Under the pieces are notes generated by a model, which worked only from the letters and a program-made list of their open reading frames with translations, was not told the DNA's origin and ran no database searches. A program made the position numbers and the translations under genes. From a virus (lineage: Duplodnaviria; Caudoviricetes): a DNA stretch of 60,140 nt. Shown in pieces: positions 45,709-55,065 of this stretch. The stretch is taken from positions 1-60,140 of IMG/VR virus record IMGVR_UViG_3300049070_000179; one strand, written 5' to 3'. The first letter of the stretch is position 1; each line of letters opens with the position of its first letter.

Positions 45709-46677
45709 GTGACAGAACAAGTAAATGATAACGAATTGTATCTCATTCCAGGTTTAGACAACTGGGATGAGCCGATTGTGACTGAAATCAGCGAGGGGGG
45801 CGGTGCAACTATTTTTGCGGGCTGGAAACTCTATCGGGTGCCTGTTAACCCTTTTGCTAAGGAAGTTTCTAAGACTTCCTTTACCATTCCAGGCGTGTAC
45901 CAATACCGGGAGTCTTTAAAAGAAGGGCTTTTTGAGTTTCCTTTTCCGCCTGGGAAAACGAGCGCCGGCCATTATCTTTGCATCCTGGTAGCCCTTAGAA
46001 CTAATTCGCAGGGCGCAGAGTATCAATCAGTTCGGTACTTTAAGAGTTGGGGCGAAGGCGAGAAAACTACCGAAATCAACCCAAAGAATGGAAAGCCAGT
46101 TTACAAGAATCATCAGGTTCTTGGCGAAAAGCTTTTTCCAGCACTTAAGGTTCTGCTGCCCACTGAACGCGCTAAGCTGGATAAAGGGGAAATGATGTGG
46201 GCTAAGGCGGTGGAAACTAGCGCTGGCTTTAGCAATCCTTCCAAAGATGGCTCTAAAGTATACGAATTTACGTACTACGATGAATGGGAAACCTATCCTA
46301 CTCAGGAAGCTTTGCGGGTTGCGGAAAAAGTTTTCTTTGCTGGAAAAGGTACTTCTAATGGTACTGGCCTCGATCTCTTGAACTTCCCCGGTGGCGACTG
46401 GGCTTCGGATGATCCTGCTACCCTCCAGACAAACTACAAAAACCTGAAGGAGTTCATCCAAGAAGTTGGCTATAATACTTCACTGTTTGTACCAAAGGCC
46501 ATTGAAGCCAGCCTGGTAAACAAGCTCACTGGTAAAGTGGTGAGCCGCATTAACTCCGATCAGCCCGTTGACTTAGCAGAGTTGTTCGCCAAGATGCTGG
46601 ATATACCGGTAGACGATGACATTAAGGCAGCGTTTAACCCGGAAGCCATCAAGGCTGCTATCGGTAAAAAGAAGTAA
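45709..46677 (+). CDS. hypothetical protein, possible ssDNA-binding/recombination factor
   Basis: 322 aa, first gene of recombination block; function inferred only from position. Confidence 0.6.
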   Translation: MTEQVNDNELYLIPGLDNWDEPIVTEISEGGGATIFAGWKLYRVPVNPFAKEVSKTSFTIPGVYQYRESLKEGLFEFPFPPGKTSAGHYLCILVALRTNSQGAEYQSVRYFKSWGEGEKTTEINPKNGKPVYKNHQVLGEKLFPALKVLLPTERAKLDKGEMMWAKAVETSAGFSNPSKDGSKVYEFTYYDEWETYPTQEALRVAEKVFFAGKGTSNGTGLDLLNFPGGDWASDDPATLQTNYKNLKEFIQEVGYNTSLFVPKAIEASLVNKLTGKVVSRINSDQPVDLAELFAKMLDIPVDDDIKAAFNPEAIKAAIGKKK

Positions 46678-46684
46678 AGAGAAG

Positions 46685-46714
46685 GTAGCCGGGACTGACA
46701 CCGGCTGCTTTTTT
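46685..46714 (+). terminator. intrinsic terminator
   Basis: GTAGCCGG/CCGGCTGC plus T6. Confidence 0.7.
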
Positions 46715-46738
46715 ACTTTCTTATAGGAAGGAACGGGC

Positions 46739-47266
46739 ATGGACGAATCAATAGTGTTTTATTATGGTAGATCAAAAATAACCGGTCTCTTGTCATCCGA
46801 AGACAATGATCTAGCTTTACTTAAATGGGCTAAACATTCTGGTGGATATGCTCATCATAATCCTCAGAAGAAACATGATCCATCAAAAGGTGGACAAAAG
46901 TATCTACATAGAATAGTAATGGAACGAATGATAGGTCGGCCTATCAATAAGAATGAGTGTGTAGATCATATTAATGGAAACCCCTCTGATAACAGACGGT
47001 GCAATTTACGACTGGCTAGTAATCCAAAAAATAGGCTCAATACTAGAGTCCGGCAAGATAATAAAGTCGGATATAAGGGAGTATGTTTTTACAGGAACAG
47101 ATATTGGGCTTATATAAATGTAAATAACAAAAGGTACTGGTTGGGCTACAAATTCACTAATCCTGTGGATGCGGCAATCGCTTATGATAAGGCGGCTATT
47201 AAACTTCATGGCGAATTTGCTAGTACCAACTTCCCGAAAGAAAATTATGATGATCCTATTTTGTGA
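46739..47266 (+). CDS. HNH-AP2 homing endonuclease
   Basis: LHRIVM, VDHINGNPSDNRRCNLR, GYKGV, AAIAYDKAAIKLHGEFA. Confidence 0.92.
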   Translation: MDESIVFYYGRSKITGLLSSEDNDLALLKWAKHSGGYAHHNPQKKHDPSKGGQKYLHRIVMERMIGRPINKNECVDHINGNPSDNRRCNLRLASNPKNRLNTRVRQDNKVGYKGVCFYRNRYWAYINVNNKRYWLGYKFTNPVDAAIAYDKAAIKLHGEFASTNFPKENYDDPIL

Positions 47267-48206
47267 CCCCGATGAACTTGATAATTTATCCTTTCTTAAC
47301 CCTAGAGTGTGCGAAGGGCTAGAGGCTTTAACTGGGGCTGATTTCTGCCTTTCTCGGCTACCTATAAATCCTGTTAGTAACCCGAAGTGGCACTTAGAGC
47401 ATGGCACGATCTTTGTCAACATCAAGCGCGGCTATGATCTGGTAGTAAACCACGACCAGGCGAAGAAGTTCGCGGCTCGTGGGCAGGAGCTAGGCATACA
47501 ACCGGGCAGGATGATCTTACTAGGAGTAGGGCAGTACCGGGACTCCAACGGCAAGTTGACAATAGCGGGCTACAATGAACCACCTTCTACTATCCTGTAC
47601 GGCACCTATTTGCAGTGTCAGATAAATAGCCTCTCTAGGGGGCTTACGTGGCTTACCATACCCTCTTCTGAGCATCTTGGAGAGTGGATAGAGTGTTGGA
47701 GCAAAAGGCCCACAGAGAGCCTTGTAGTGCTTACCAGGGGTACATATAACTGGCATGAAGATGACTTTTGGCAGACTGTAGCAGAGCCTCCTGCTGACAG
47801 CGTTGAGTCTATCTTGTCGTGTGGTTTGCCTGACTTCGGACCCAAAAAGGCACTGGCAACTGTCCAGTACCTTGCTGACAACCAATTGCCCGTTACCCTA
47901 TTTAATGCCCTTATGGTACTCAGTACATGTGATATAAAGGGTAAGCGGGTATTTAAGGTGCCGATGATTGGTGACAAGACCTATCAGCAGATAAGGCGGG
48001 TACTGTACGGTGATAGGCCATTTGGAACCATGAATATCTCCTCTATAGATCAAAAGGGCGACTTTGTCATGGGGGCACAAGCAACACTAGAGCAGTTCCA
48101 CGCGCTGTTTGAAGAGAAGCTGAAGAAGGGGATAGCGCCTAAAGTAGCTTATAGTGAGGCGATGAATGTGGTTAGAAGTAGCGTACATGAACTTATACCG
48201 TTTTAG
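47247..48206 (+). CDS. ERCC4/XPF-like nuclease candidate with HhH motifs
   Basis: GADF...NIKRG.DL, LPDFGPKKA, VPMIGDKT. Confidence 0.45.
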   Translation: MMILFCDPDELDNLSFLNPRVCEGLEALTGADFCLSRLPINPVSNPKWHLEHGTIFVNIKRGYDLVVNHDQAKKFAARGQELGIQPGRMILLGVGQYRDSNGKLTIAGYNEPPSTILYGTYLQCQINSLSRGLTWLTIPSSEHLGEWIECWSKRPTESLVVLTRGTYNWHEDDFWQTVAEPPADSVESILSCGLPDFGPKKALATVQYLADNQLPVTLFNALMVLSTCDIKGKRVFKVPMIGDKTYQQIRRVLYGDRPFGTMNISSIDQKGDFVMGAQATLEQFHALFEEKLKKGIAPKVAYSEAMNVVRSSVHELIPF

Positions 48207-48232
48207 TTATTAGACAACAAGGAGCTTAAAAC

Positions 48233-48625
48233 ATGTTTGAACGCGGTTTATTTATAGATGGCAACTGGATAAGCAATGGTGAGGCTTTTTGGCGACCACT
48301 TGGAGTCGTACAAAAGAAGTTCATTGAGAGGTTTATGAAGGACAAAGCGGGCGCTACCGTGCAATTGTGGCCTAAGTCTAAGCCTTTTTTGTTTGATGAT
48401 GCATGGCCATGCATCCTTCTTGCTAGTGACAAGGAATTTATCTTGGTACAGGTTAAAAATTTGGAACTTATAGGCGTCAACCTTGACTTCCTGGACGAAT
48501 ACGAGTTCTGGCAGAATCCCAGTACTCACCTTATCTATGTCTATAACCCCGATCTTATCGGTGGGGTTTTGCCTCTATCGGCTGATAAAGAGAAGGTAGT
48601 AGCTTATGGGGAGTTACAAAAATGA
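48233..48625 (+). CDS. hypothetical protein
   Basis: AAGGAG RBS. Confidence 0.6.
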   Translation: MFERGLFIDGNWISNGEAFWRPLGVVQKKFIERFMKDKAGATVQLWPKSKPFLFDDAWPCILLASDKEFILVQVKNLELIGVNLDFLDEYEFWQNPSTHLIYVYNPDLIGGVLPLSADKEKVVAYGELQK

Positions 48626-49689
48626 CTACCTCTATCCTCCCCTCCGAGATGCGCGGCGTTATGTTCATCAGTGGCTATCGTGGCATCGGTAAGAGCTTCT
48701 TGGCCGCGCAAGCTGATGCGCCCACCAATATCCTCTACTTGGACTATGAAGAGAAGGCAGAGGGTATCAACGACCAATTAGGGCTAGGTGAGTACCACAG
48801 CGTTTACCGGGACACCTTAAAGAACGGTAAGCCTGACTTGGTATCGCTCTACACCTCCACCCAGGATATTATAGATTCCGTTCCACATGGCCGGTTTACT
48901 GTCGCTATACTGGACAATATCTCGCCCTTGGAAGCGGGAATGAAGATCGAAGTTCAGAATAACGTCACCAAGTACGCCAAGGAGTTCGGCCTTAATGCGG
49001 CTAATGTGAGTGCCGGGCGTTTTGGTGGAGCTAGCCAGGCTGTTAACTTCATGGTGACTTCCCGACTGTGTATGCCTTTATATGCAAAGGGCATACGGCT
49101 AATAATAGCGACTGCCCACATCAAAAGCGCATGGTCATCGGGCGGGCCTATACCCAATAAATTCAATGTGTTAGGGGCCGACCGGTGGCAGGAGCTTAGT
49201 ATCCTTACCCTGATCTTGGTGCCTGGGGAACATGCGCCTATTCCAGCGGCCCTGGTGCAAAAGGAACAGCTTGGTTTACTGCGCTGGGATGAATCGGCGC
49301 AAGAGCACATAGTACAGCGTCGACTCCCCACCCGTATACCTAAGTGCAACTTTGCTGAGATTCGGCGTTACCTGAGAGAGCCGGCTAACTTGCAAGAGCC
49401 GGCGCCGGGCGAACGGCCTAAACAAAGTGAGATTGACACCTTCTCCAGTGAGTTGTCAAGAGAGCAATTGGAGATTGTCAGAATGGCGCTGCGAGCACAA
49501 GAGCGCGAAGAGTCCCTAGTGACAGCGCAAGAGCAACAAAAGCTCAGCGACGTAAACGTTCGGATAAAGGAACTAGCAGCGCAAGGAATGGGGTTTATGG
49601 CGATTCGCTTAGAGGTCAACAAGGAGTTTAATATGGAACTGTCGCCCGGCGATGTGCGGGAACGAATGAACGGGGTACAAGCTCCATGA
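48622..49689 (+). CDS. Sak4/AAA_24-like P-loop ATPase
   Basis: ISGYRGIGKS, YLDYE, AILDNIS, ATAHIK. Confidence 0.75.
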   Translation: MTTSILPSEMRGVMFISGYRGIGKSFLAAQADAPTNILYLDYEEKAEGINDQLGLGEYHSVYRDTLKNGKPDLVSLYTSTQDIIDSVPHGRFTVAILDNISPLEAGMKIEVQNNVTKYAKEFGLNAANVSAGRFGGASQAVNFMVTSRLCMPLYAKGIRLIIATAHIKSAWSSGGPIPNKFNVLGADRWQELSILTLILVPGEHAPIPAALVQKEQLGLLRWDESAQEHIVQRRLPTRIPKCNFAEIRRYLREPANLQEPAPGERPKQSEIDTFSSELSREQLEIVRMALRAQEREESLVTAQEQQKLSDVNVRIKELAAQGMGFMAIRLEVNKEFNMELSPGDVRERMNGVQAP

Positions 49690-50051
49690 AGACTCCCGTA
49701 GAACTTGCTCAACTCCTTGCCCAGTACGAGGACGCCTCTACCGCTATAGCTGTGTACAAAGAGGCCAATTTGGCCATAGCTGAGTATGAGGAAGTAAAAA
49801 AGGCTGCGCTGGCCTTAGCTGAGTCCAGTATGGTAGATAGTGGTGAGGCACACCTTAATGCCCTGGTGGGTAGTGCGGGATGGACTACCCCTAAAACCCC
49901 ACAGTTGGATAAAGAGGCGTGGGCTAACGCCATTTTAGAAGATCACAACCTAGCAACGGTAGAGCGCAATTTTAAGGCCGCCGAGAAGGTGTTAAAAAGG
50001 TGGCAGGAACCGTATATGAAGTTAGCGGCTAGAAGGTTCTTTATAAGGTGA
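49686..50051 (+). CDS. hypothetical helical protein
   Basis: Coupled to AAA ATPase gene. Confidence 0.55.
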   Translation: MKTPVELAQLLAQYEDASTAIAVYKEANLAIAEYEEVKKAALALAESSMVDSGEAHLNALVGSAGWTTPKTPQLDKEAWANAILEDHNLATVERNFKAAEKVLKRWQEPYMKLAARRFFIR

Positions 50052-50167
50052 AGAGGCGAGGGATACCCAGTCCGTCTAAGCTGGGTATCCCTCTGGGTCC
50101 ATTCGGGGAACCTGTTTTTATTATACTCTCCACTGGCGCAAAGGTAAAAATTTAAGGTTGATAGATG

Positions 50168-50216
50168 GGGTTTTGTTTGTTTGGGGGTTGACAACAAACA
50201 AAACCCGTGATAAGAT
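50168..50216 (+). promoter_or_regulatory. promoter overlapped by 14-bp inverted repeat
   Basis: TTGACA(50188)-17-TAAGAT; GGGTTTTGTTTGTT / AACAAACAAAACCC. Confidence 0.75.
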
Positions 50217-50261
50217 GTATCTATCAATAAGTAACCCACTATCCACCTACGAGGTACCAAA

Positions 50262-50594
50262 ATGCGCAACGCTAAAAAACTCCAAGCTAAAAGTCGCCAA
50301 CATCACATAACCCGCATCTCTGATTCTCACTACATGTTAGTGAGTGGCTCCAGTGGTCACAAGTACGCTGTTAACCCCACTAAGATGACGTGTAGTTGTC
50401 CCTGGGGCCAGCATCGACCCGCTAATGATAAGCGGTCGGGTTGCTCGCATACACTGGCCGTATTGTCGTATATAAAAGAGATGGAAGAGGAGCGCCGGCT
50501 CATGGCTTGGAGCACAGAGGAAGAAGCGCTAGGGAGCAAGCGGGCGCTGGCGGGTGGGTTCGATAATTTAATTTTAACTAGCAGGAAGGTGTAA
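50262..50594 (+). CDS. SWIM zinc-finger protein
   Basis: CSCP...CSH..AV. Confidence 0.75.
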   Translation: MRNAKKLQAKSRQHHITRISDSHYMLVSGSSGHKYAVNPTKMTCSCPWGQHRPANDKRSGCSHTLAVLSYIKEMEEERRLMAWSTEEEALGSKRALAGGFDNLILTSRKV

Positions 50595-50596
50595 CA

Positions 50597-50947
50597 ATGA
50601 TAACCTATACAATTCTGGATAGACCCGTAAATATGGATCAATTGGCAATGCGTCTCGCCTTAAATAGCAAGGTATTTAAGCCTCTGCTTGAGCATCTTGC
50701 TCAGAAGGTAACAGCCTCATTTTATGACTACTGGTTAGATAATGATGCCTCAGAAGTTTGCCCGATTTGCAAAGAGGGGATTCCTGCTCACTACCCACCA
50801 ATGTGTGAGGACTGTGCTTTAGAGGGTAAAGCTCAATGTCAATGCTGTACGGTCAATGTCGAATTGGTCTATGATATAGAAGCACTTGGCTATCACGTCT
50901 CATTGACGGATCAAGACCAGATAAAAATTAAGAAGGTCAAAGGATGA
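50597..50947 (+). CDS. Cys-rich hypothetical protein
   Basis: CPIC, CEDC, CQCC. Confidence 0.55.
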   Translation: MITYTILDRPVNMDQLAMRLALNSKVFKPLLEHLAQKVTASFYDYWLDNDASEVCPICKEGIPAHYPPMCEDCALEGKAQCQCCTVNVELVYDIEALGYHVSLTDQDQIKIKKVKG

Positions 50948-51092
50948 TCGAAGCTCTACTATCCCTAATATTGCTCACCCTCATTATCATCTCCTGCCAG
51001 CTTTATACTTACTACCAGCACCTTATAGAGTTGTTGGAGGCAAAATTAACCATAGGGGAATTAGAGAACGACTATTATCACTCGGAGGAAGG

Positions 51093-51335
51093 ATGAGCGA
51101 AGAACGAACACCATACACTACCCCCACCCTTACCAAGCTGGTGGGTAGAGGCGGCCCCGGTCGCGGTCAAGGTGCCCCCAGGGGTAACTCTAATGCCTCT
51201 AAGGGGGCCAATAAGAGGGTAAAGGTCACATTAACCCTAGCGCCAACTAATCATAAGCGCGTAAAAACAGTAGCTGCTAGCTTGGGGCTGAGCATCGGAG
51301 AGATGATAGATTCTCTGGTTGAGAGTTGCCTATAG
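51093..51335 (+). CDS. RHH-like DNA-binding protein
   Basis: GRGGPGRGQG...RVKVTLTL...LSIGEMID. Confidence 0.6.
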   Translation: MSEERTPYTTPTLTKLVGRGGPGRGQGAPRGNSNASKGANKRVKVTLTLAPTNHKRVKTVAASLGLSIGEMIDSLVESCL

Positions 51336-51400
51336 ATGGCCCTGTGACGCACTAGAATCGCCTACAATCCTTTTATACACTGCAAAGAAGGAGAATTACC

Positions 51401-51544
51401 ATGAACTGTGAACAAGCCCGACAAATGGCGCTTACTTTGTCACCTAATGAATTCAAAAAGTGGTTAGAAGAACACGTTAAGACGTGCGAGGAGTGCAAGG
51501 TAATTCGGAAGGGTATCAGGTTGTCGCTTAGGAGAAGGCCATGA
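51401..51544 (+). CDS. stand-alone zf-HC2 (ZAS anti-sigma-like) microprotein, 47 aa
   Basis: AAGGAG RBS; MNCEQAR...LEEHVKTCEEC. Confidence 0.65.
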   Translation: MNCEQARQMALTLSPNEFKKWLEEHVKTCEECKVIRKGIRLSLRRRP

Positions 51545-51942
51545 ACTGGCGCTCTCACCTACTGGCTGGCCATGCCATCTTCACCCTTACCAACACTCAA
51601 ACAGGTAAAAGCTTTACCTACCGCATTACTACTGATCTTAATAAACCCCATTTTGTCGCTGTTTTAACTGGGCCTGACAACCAAAGTGACTATACCTTCA
51701 TAGGCACCATCTTTGACGGGAAGGTGTTTAGGCACTCCTTAAAGGGAGGGGTAGGTAAAGAGGCATTGTCAGTAAAGGGCTTTGAGTGGCTATGGCGCAA
51801 CCTAGACAGGTTGCCTGCGTATATTCGCCTCAATTCCTGCGGGTACTGTCTCAGGTGCGGAAAAATGCTAACTGACAGAATATCATTAGAGACTGGCTAC
51901 GGGCCTTTTTGCCGAACTCAAATAGAAAGAGTGGCAGCTTAA
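51541..51942 (+). CDS. DUF6011-like zinc-finger protein
   Basis: VLTGPDN..DY.FIG; CLRCGKMLTD..S...GYGPFC. Confidence 0.7.
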   Translation: MNWRSHLLAGHAIFTLTNTQTGKSFTYRITTDLNKPHFVAVLTGPDNQSDYTFIGTIFDGKVFRHSLKGGVGKEALSVKGFEWLWRNLDRLPAYIRLNSCGYCLRCGKMLTDRISLETGYGPFCRTQIERVAA

Positions 51943-52415
51943 TGTTTCCTGAGTTAGGTCCCTGGCTTACTATAAAGGACGGTGATCCCAGAGCCTACGC
52001 ACTTTTTAGTCACCATTATAGTTTCCATCAGTACCGAGACAATAGGCGACAAAGAGATCGACGCATCGTTGGCCCTGGTGAAGCTTTAGTGCTGATGACT
52101 CTAGCCAACGATGCCCTTTTTGTCTGGAAAAAGTTCGATAATCCAGCCAATGAACAAGGAATATATTGTTCAATCTTTCGCAATGAAAGTCATTATCTGA
52201 GCAGTTTCTTAATCTTAGAAGCTGAAAAATTAGCTCTAGCCAAATGGCCCCTTACTTCTCGATTCTACACTTACATCGATTCCAAAAAAGTAAAACCGAC
52301 TAGGTGCAGAAAAGGTGATTACTGGGGCTTTTGCTATCTAAAGGCAGGGTGGCGGCAATGCGATTATGTTACTAAGGTGAATCAGAAATTAGTGTTTGAA
52401 AAAGTGGCAGCGTGA
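51909..52415 (+). CDS. conserved phage protein, possible Mom/GNAT-like acetyltransferase
   Basis: HHYS, VGPGE.LVL, CSIFRNE, TYID, GFCYLKAGW. Confidence 0.45.
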   Translation: MPNSNRKSGSLMFPELGPWLTIKDGDPRAYALFSHHYSFHQYRDNRRQRDRRIVGPGEALVLMTLANDALFVWKKFDNPANEQGIYCSIFRNESHYLSSFLILEAEKLALAKWPLTSRFYTYIDSKKVKPTRCRKGDYWGFCYLKAGWRQCDYVTKVNQKLVFEKVAA

Positions 52416-52657
52416 AAGCCTTCTTTTTTCCAAAAAAGTACTCACCTACCTTTATTACTATAAAACCTCACCACGACGCTTGTGCTGCGTCTAGAGGGCA
52501 ACTAGAAAGGACTCAAGAATGTTCAAAATATGTTGGCGGCGTCTTAAGAACCCGTCAAGAGGGCTGTGGTTCTCCCATGCCATATGCAGTAGCTAAGGCG
52601 TGGGTTGATTCCCTCAAGAGCGACTCAAGTATTATCTATTGGTTGGAACCTGCATGA
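52412..52657 (+). CDS. hypothetical protein
   Basis: Operon packing. Confidence 0.45.
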   Translation: MKAFFFPKKYSPTFITIKPHHDACAASRGQLERTQECSKYVGGVLRTRQEGCGSPMPYAVAKAWVDSLKSDSSIIYWLEPA

Positions 52658-53124
52658 GCACCATCCGCATAAAAGGCAGCGCCCACCAGGCTCTTCATCG
52701 TCTGGGCCTGCACCACGACGCTCCTAACCTGGTAGAGGTAGACGGGCACTTACTAGACCCGGAAGTTGGAAAGTACCTTGTCCTCACCACCAGGGAAGAC
52801 CCCCAGAAGCTCGCCAACCTGTTGGGAGTCGAGGTAGAAGTAAAGGGATGGTTTGGGCAATGGTTCCCAAAAAAACCAAAGAATTCCCACGAGGCAAAAG
52901 TGACAGCAGGTCGCCCGCGTAAGTTCCCACCTTGCCCCATCTGTGAGCAGCCCATAAAAGCCTTCCACTCGCCATACTACAAATGCGCTTGCAGAGGTTA
53001 TATTGTGCGCGATGGGGTGCTACAGCCTACACAACCAAGGCAGGTAAGGGATAAGAAGCCCACGAAGATGAGAGAGGAGCGCCAGCCCCTTCAGTGGTGG
53101 GAAGTGGAAGAGTTGGCGGGTTAA
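52654..53124 (+). CDS. zinc-ribbon hypothetical protein
   Basis: AGRPRK, CPIC, CAC. Confidence 0.5.
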   Translation: MSTIRIKGSAHQALHRLGLHHDAPNLVEVDGHLLDPEVGKYLVLTTREDPQKLANLLGVEVEVKGWFGQWFPKKPKNSHEAKVTAGRPRKFPPCPICEQPIKAFHSPYYKCACRGYIVRDGVLQPTQPRQVRDKKPTKMREERQPLQWWEVEELAG

Positions 53125-53127
53125 TAT

Positions 53128-53181
53128 TTGACATTCCTCCTAACAGTGGTATCATTGATACATTCATATCACTGATACCAC
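53128..53181 (+). promoter_or_regulatory. replication operon promoter with inverted-repeat operator
   Basis: TTGACA-16-TATCAT; GTGGTATCATTGATA / TATCACTGATACCAC. Confidence 0.7.
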
Positions 53182-53194
53182 AAAGGAGCATCGC

Positions 53195-53368
53195 ATGGAA
53201 GATATTACTATTCAAATATCTTTGAGGCTTCCCACATCTCTGGCGAGAGTCGCCCGGATCGAAGCCGCTAAGATGAACCTATCTCGTAACGAATGGATCA
53301 TTTGGGTTTTACAGCAATTCATTCAGAGGCAGTCTGAAACCCAATTTCACCTAATCAAGGAAAGATGA
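53195..53368 (+). CDS. Arc/RHH repressor (57 aa)
   Basis: AAGGAG RBS; IQISLRLPTSL...EAAKMNLSRNEWI. Confidence 0.75.
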   Translation: MEDITIQISLRLPTSLARVARIEAAKMNLSRNEWIIWVLQQFIQRQSETQFHLIKER

Positions 53369-53369
53369 C

Positions 53370-54827
53370 ATGTATACTCCTTCTCATGCTCAGGTTATCA
53401 AGTCCTTAAGGGATTCAGAGTTAGGTGATGGACAGCTTTTTTCTTACTGCTTCAAGGATGGAATCCTCTACGAGCCAAGGAGCAAGGAAAGGGGAGTATG
53501 GTATCTTTATGATACCCACTGGAGTGAGGACACGTCAGGGCAGATATATAATTTAGTGGCTACCCAGTACGCTGACCTGTTCATAAAGGCTGCTGTTAAA
53601 GAAGCGGAAAGCGGAGAAAAGTCGGAACTAGCCGACGAGTTATGGTCACATGCTAGTTACTTAAAAACGGAACGTGGTGCCTCGCGAGTTCTATTTTGGG
53701 CTTCTAAGCAAGAAGGCATGACTATTCAGCCCGTTGACTGGGATTCAGATCCTTACTTGCTAGGTGTACAAAATGGAGTCATCAATTTAAGAGATCAGGG
53801 GTTTACACCTAGCAAGCCTAGTCAAAGGATAAAAGGAGTCGCTCCAGTCCCCTTTGTTGGTTTTGATTCTCCTTGTCCTCGCTGGCAGCAGTTTCTACTG
53901 GAAATATTTAACCAGGATACCGAGTTGGTTGACTTCATGCACCGCTTGTTAGGCTATGCTATATCCGGCTTGACAGTGGAGCATATTTTCCCCCTTTTGT
54001 GCGGCCAGGGCCGGAACGGTAAGACCCTGATGATTGAAACAGTTAACAGTATCTTGGGGTACAGTTTAAGTGGCCCAGTACAGGCTGAAATACTTTTGGA
54101 CTCCTCCAAGAATCCTAACGCAGCTTCACCCCATTTATTAGACCTGGTTAATCGCCGGCTTTCATTCGTCAATGAAACAAACGAGGGATGGCTAAACAGC
54201 GCATCCGTTAAGGCTTTGACAGGCGGAGACACTATTGTTGCTCGCCCCCTTTATGGCGATCCTATTCGCTTTAAGCCCAAGCATAAAATATTCCTGGTGA
54301 CTAACTATCGCCCTCGTGCTGATGCGGATGACTATGCCCTATGGCAGCGAGTTAAGGTCATTGAGTTTCCAGTTAGCTTTGTGGACGATCCTAGAAAGGA
54401 CAACGAGCGCAAAGCTGACAAATTTCTTAGGTTAAAACTCCAAGAGGAATCTAAGGGTATTCTAGGCTGGCTGGCTTGTGGATTTCTTCAGTGGCAAGAG
54501 CAGGGCCTTAACCCACCCGACTCCGTTAAACTAGCTGTAGAGAAGTACCGGGAAGGCGAGGACAACATATCACTGTTTATTAAGGAGCAAGTTAGCCAAG
54601 AAACCACTCTTGAAGTTAAAGCCAGCACTCTTTATGACTCCTATAAAAGCTGGGTAGTTAGCAATGGCTTACGGCCTCTAGGGAGCCGCAAATTCTACCA
54701 CAAAATATCGTCTCGATTCTCCAAAGAGGAGCGAATGGACGGTAACTATTACCTAGGAATCTGCCCCAGAATTGACTACTTAAACGGACAGCAAAGTTCC
54801 ATTTGGGATAGCAAAAATGGAACTTAA
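53370..54827 (+). CDS. P4/D5-family SF3 helicase (no primase domain)
   Basis: D5_N-like region, GQGRNGKT, FVNET, VKALTGGD.I.AR.LY, TNYRP. Confidence 0.9.
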   Translation: MYTPSHAQVIKSLRDSELGDGQLFSYCFKDGILYEPRSKERGVWYLYDTHWSEDTSGQIYNLVATQYADLFIKAAVKEAESGEKSELADELWSHASYLKTERGASRVLFWASKQEGMTIQPVDWDSDPYLLGVQNGVINLRDQGFTPSKPSQRIKGVAPVPFVGFDSPCPRWQQFLLEIFNQDTELVDFMHRLLGYAISGLTVEHIFPLLCGQGRNGKTLMIETVNSILGYSLSGPVQAEILLDSSKNPNAASPHLLDLVNRRLSFVNETNEGWLNSASVKALTGGDTIVARPLYGDPIRFKPKHKIFLVTNYRPRADADDYALWQRVKVIEFPVSFVDDPRKDNERKADKFLRLKLQEESKGILGWLACGFLQWQEQGLNPPDSVKLAVEKYREGEDNISLFIKEQVSQETTLEVKASTLYDSYKSWVVSNGLRPLGSRKFYHKISSRFSKEERMDGNYYLGICPRIDYLNGQQSSIWDSKNGT

Positions 54828-54834
54828 AACCCTT

Positions 54835-55050
54835 TATGGAGGATATGGAGGATATGGAGGATTTTCTATAACTTTATATAATATTTTCTACATGGAGAAC
54901 TTTTAGAAATGCCTCCATAAGTTCCATATCCTCCATAACCCTTGAAATTAGCGAAATTAGAGGGGTCATTTATGGAGGTTACTTCTTAAACTTTGCGCAC
55001 TTGTTAGGAAAAAAGAAAAAGTTTAAAAACATCTTCCATAAGCTCCATAG
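54835..55050. repeat. putative replication origin with TATGGAGG iterons
   Basis: TATGGAGGA x3 at 54835-54861, inverted (C/T)TCCATA copies, AT-rich spacers, downstream of helicase. Confidence 0.75.
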
Positions 55051-55065
55051 AAAAGGACTCTAAAA

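Noticed and set aside
50058-50093. 13-bp hairpin as a novel ncRNA
   Set aside because: It sits right after an operon end and is most simply a terminator or stability hairpin, although it lacks a T-tract
54835-55050. CRISPR array
   Set aside because: Repeats are 8-9 bp, occur in both orientations and have no regular spacers; better explained as iterons
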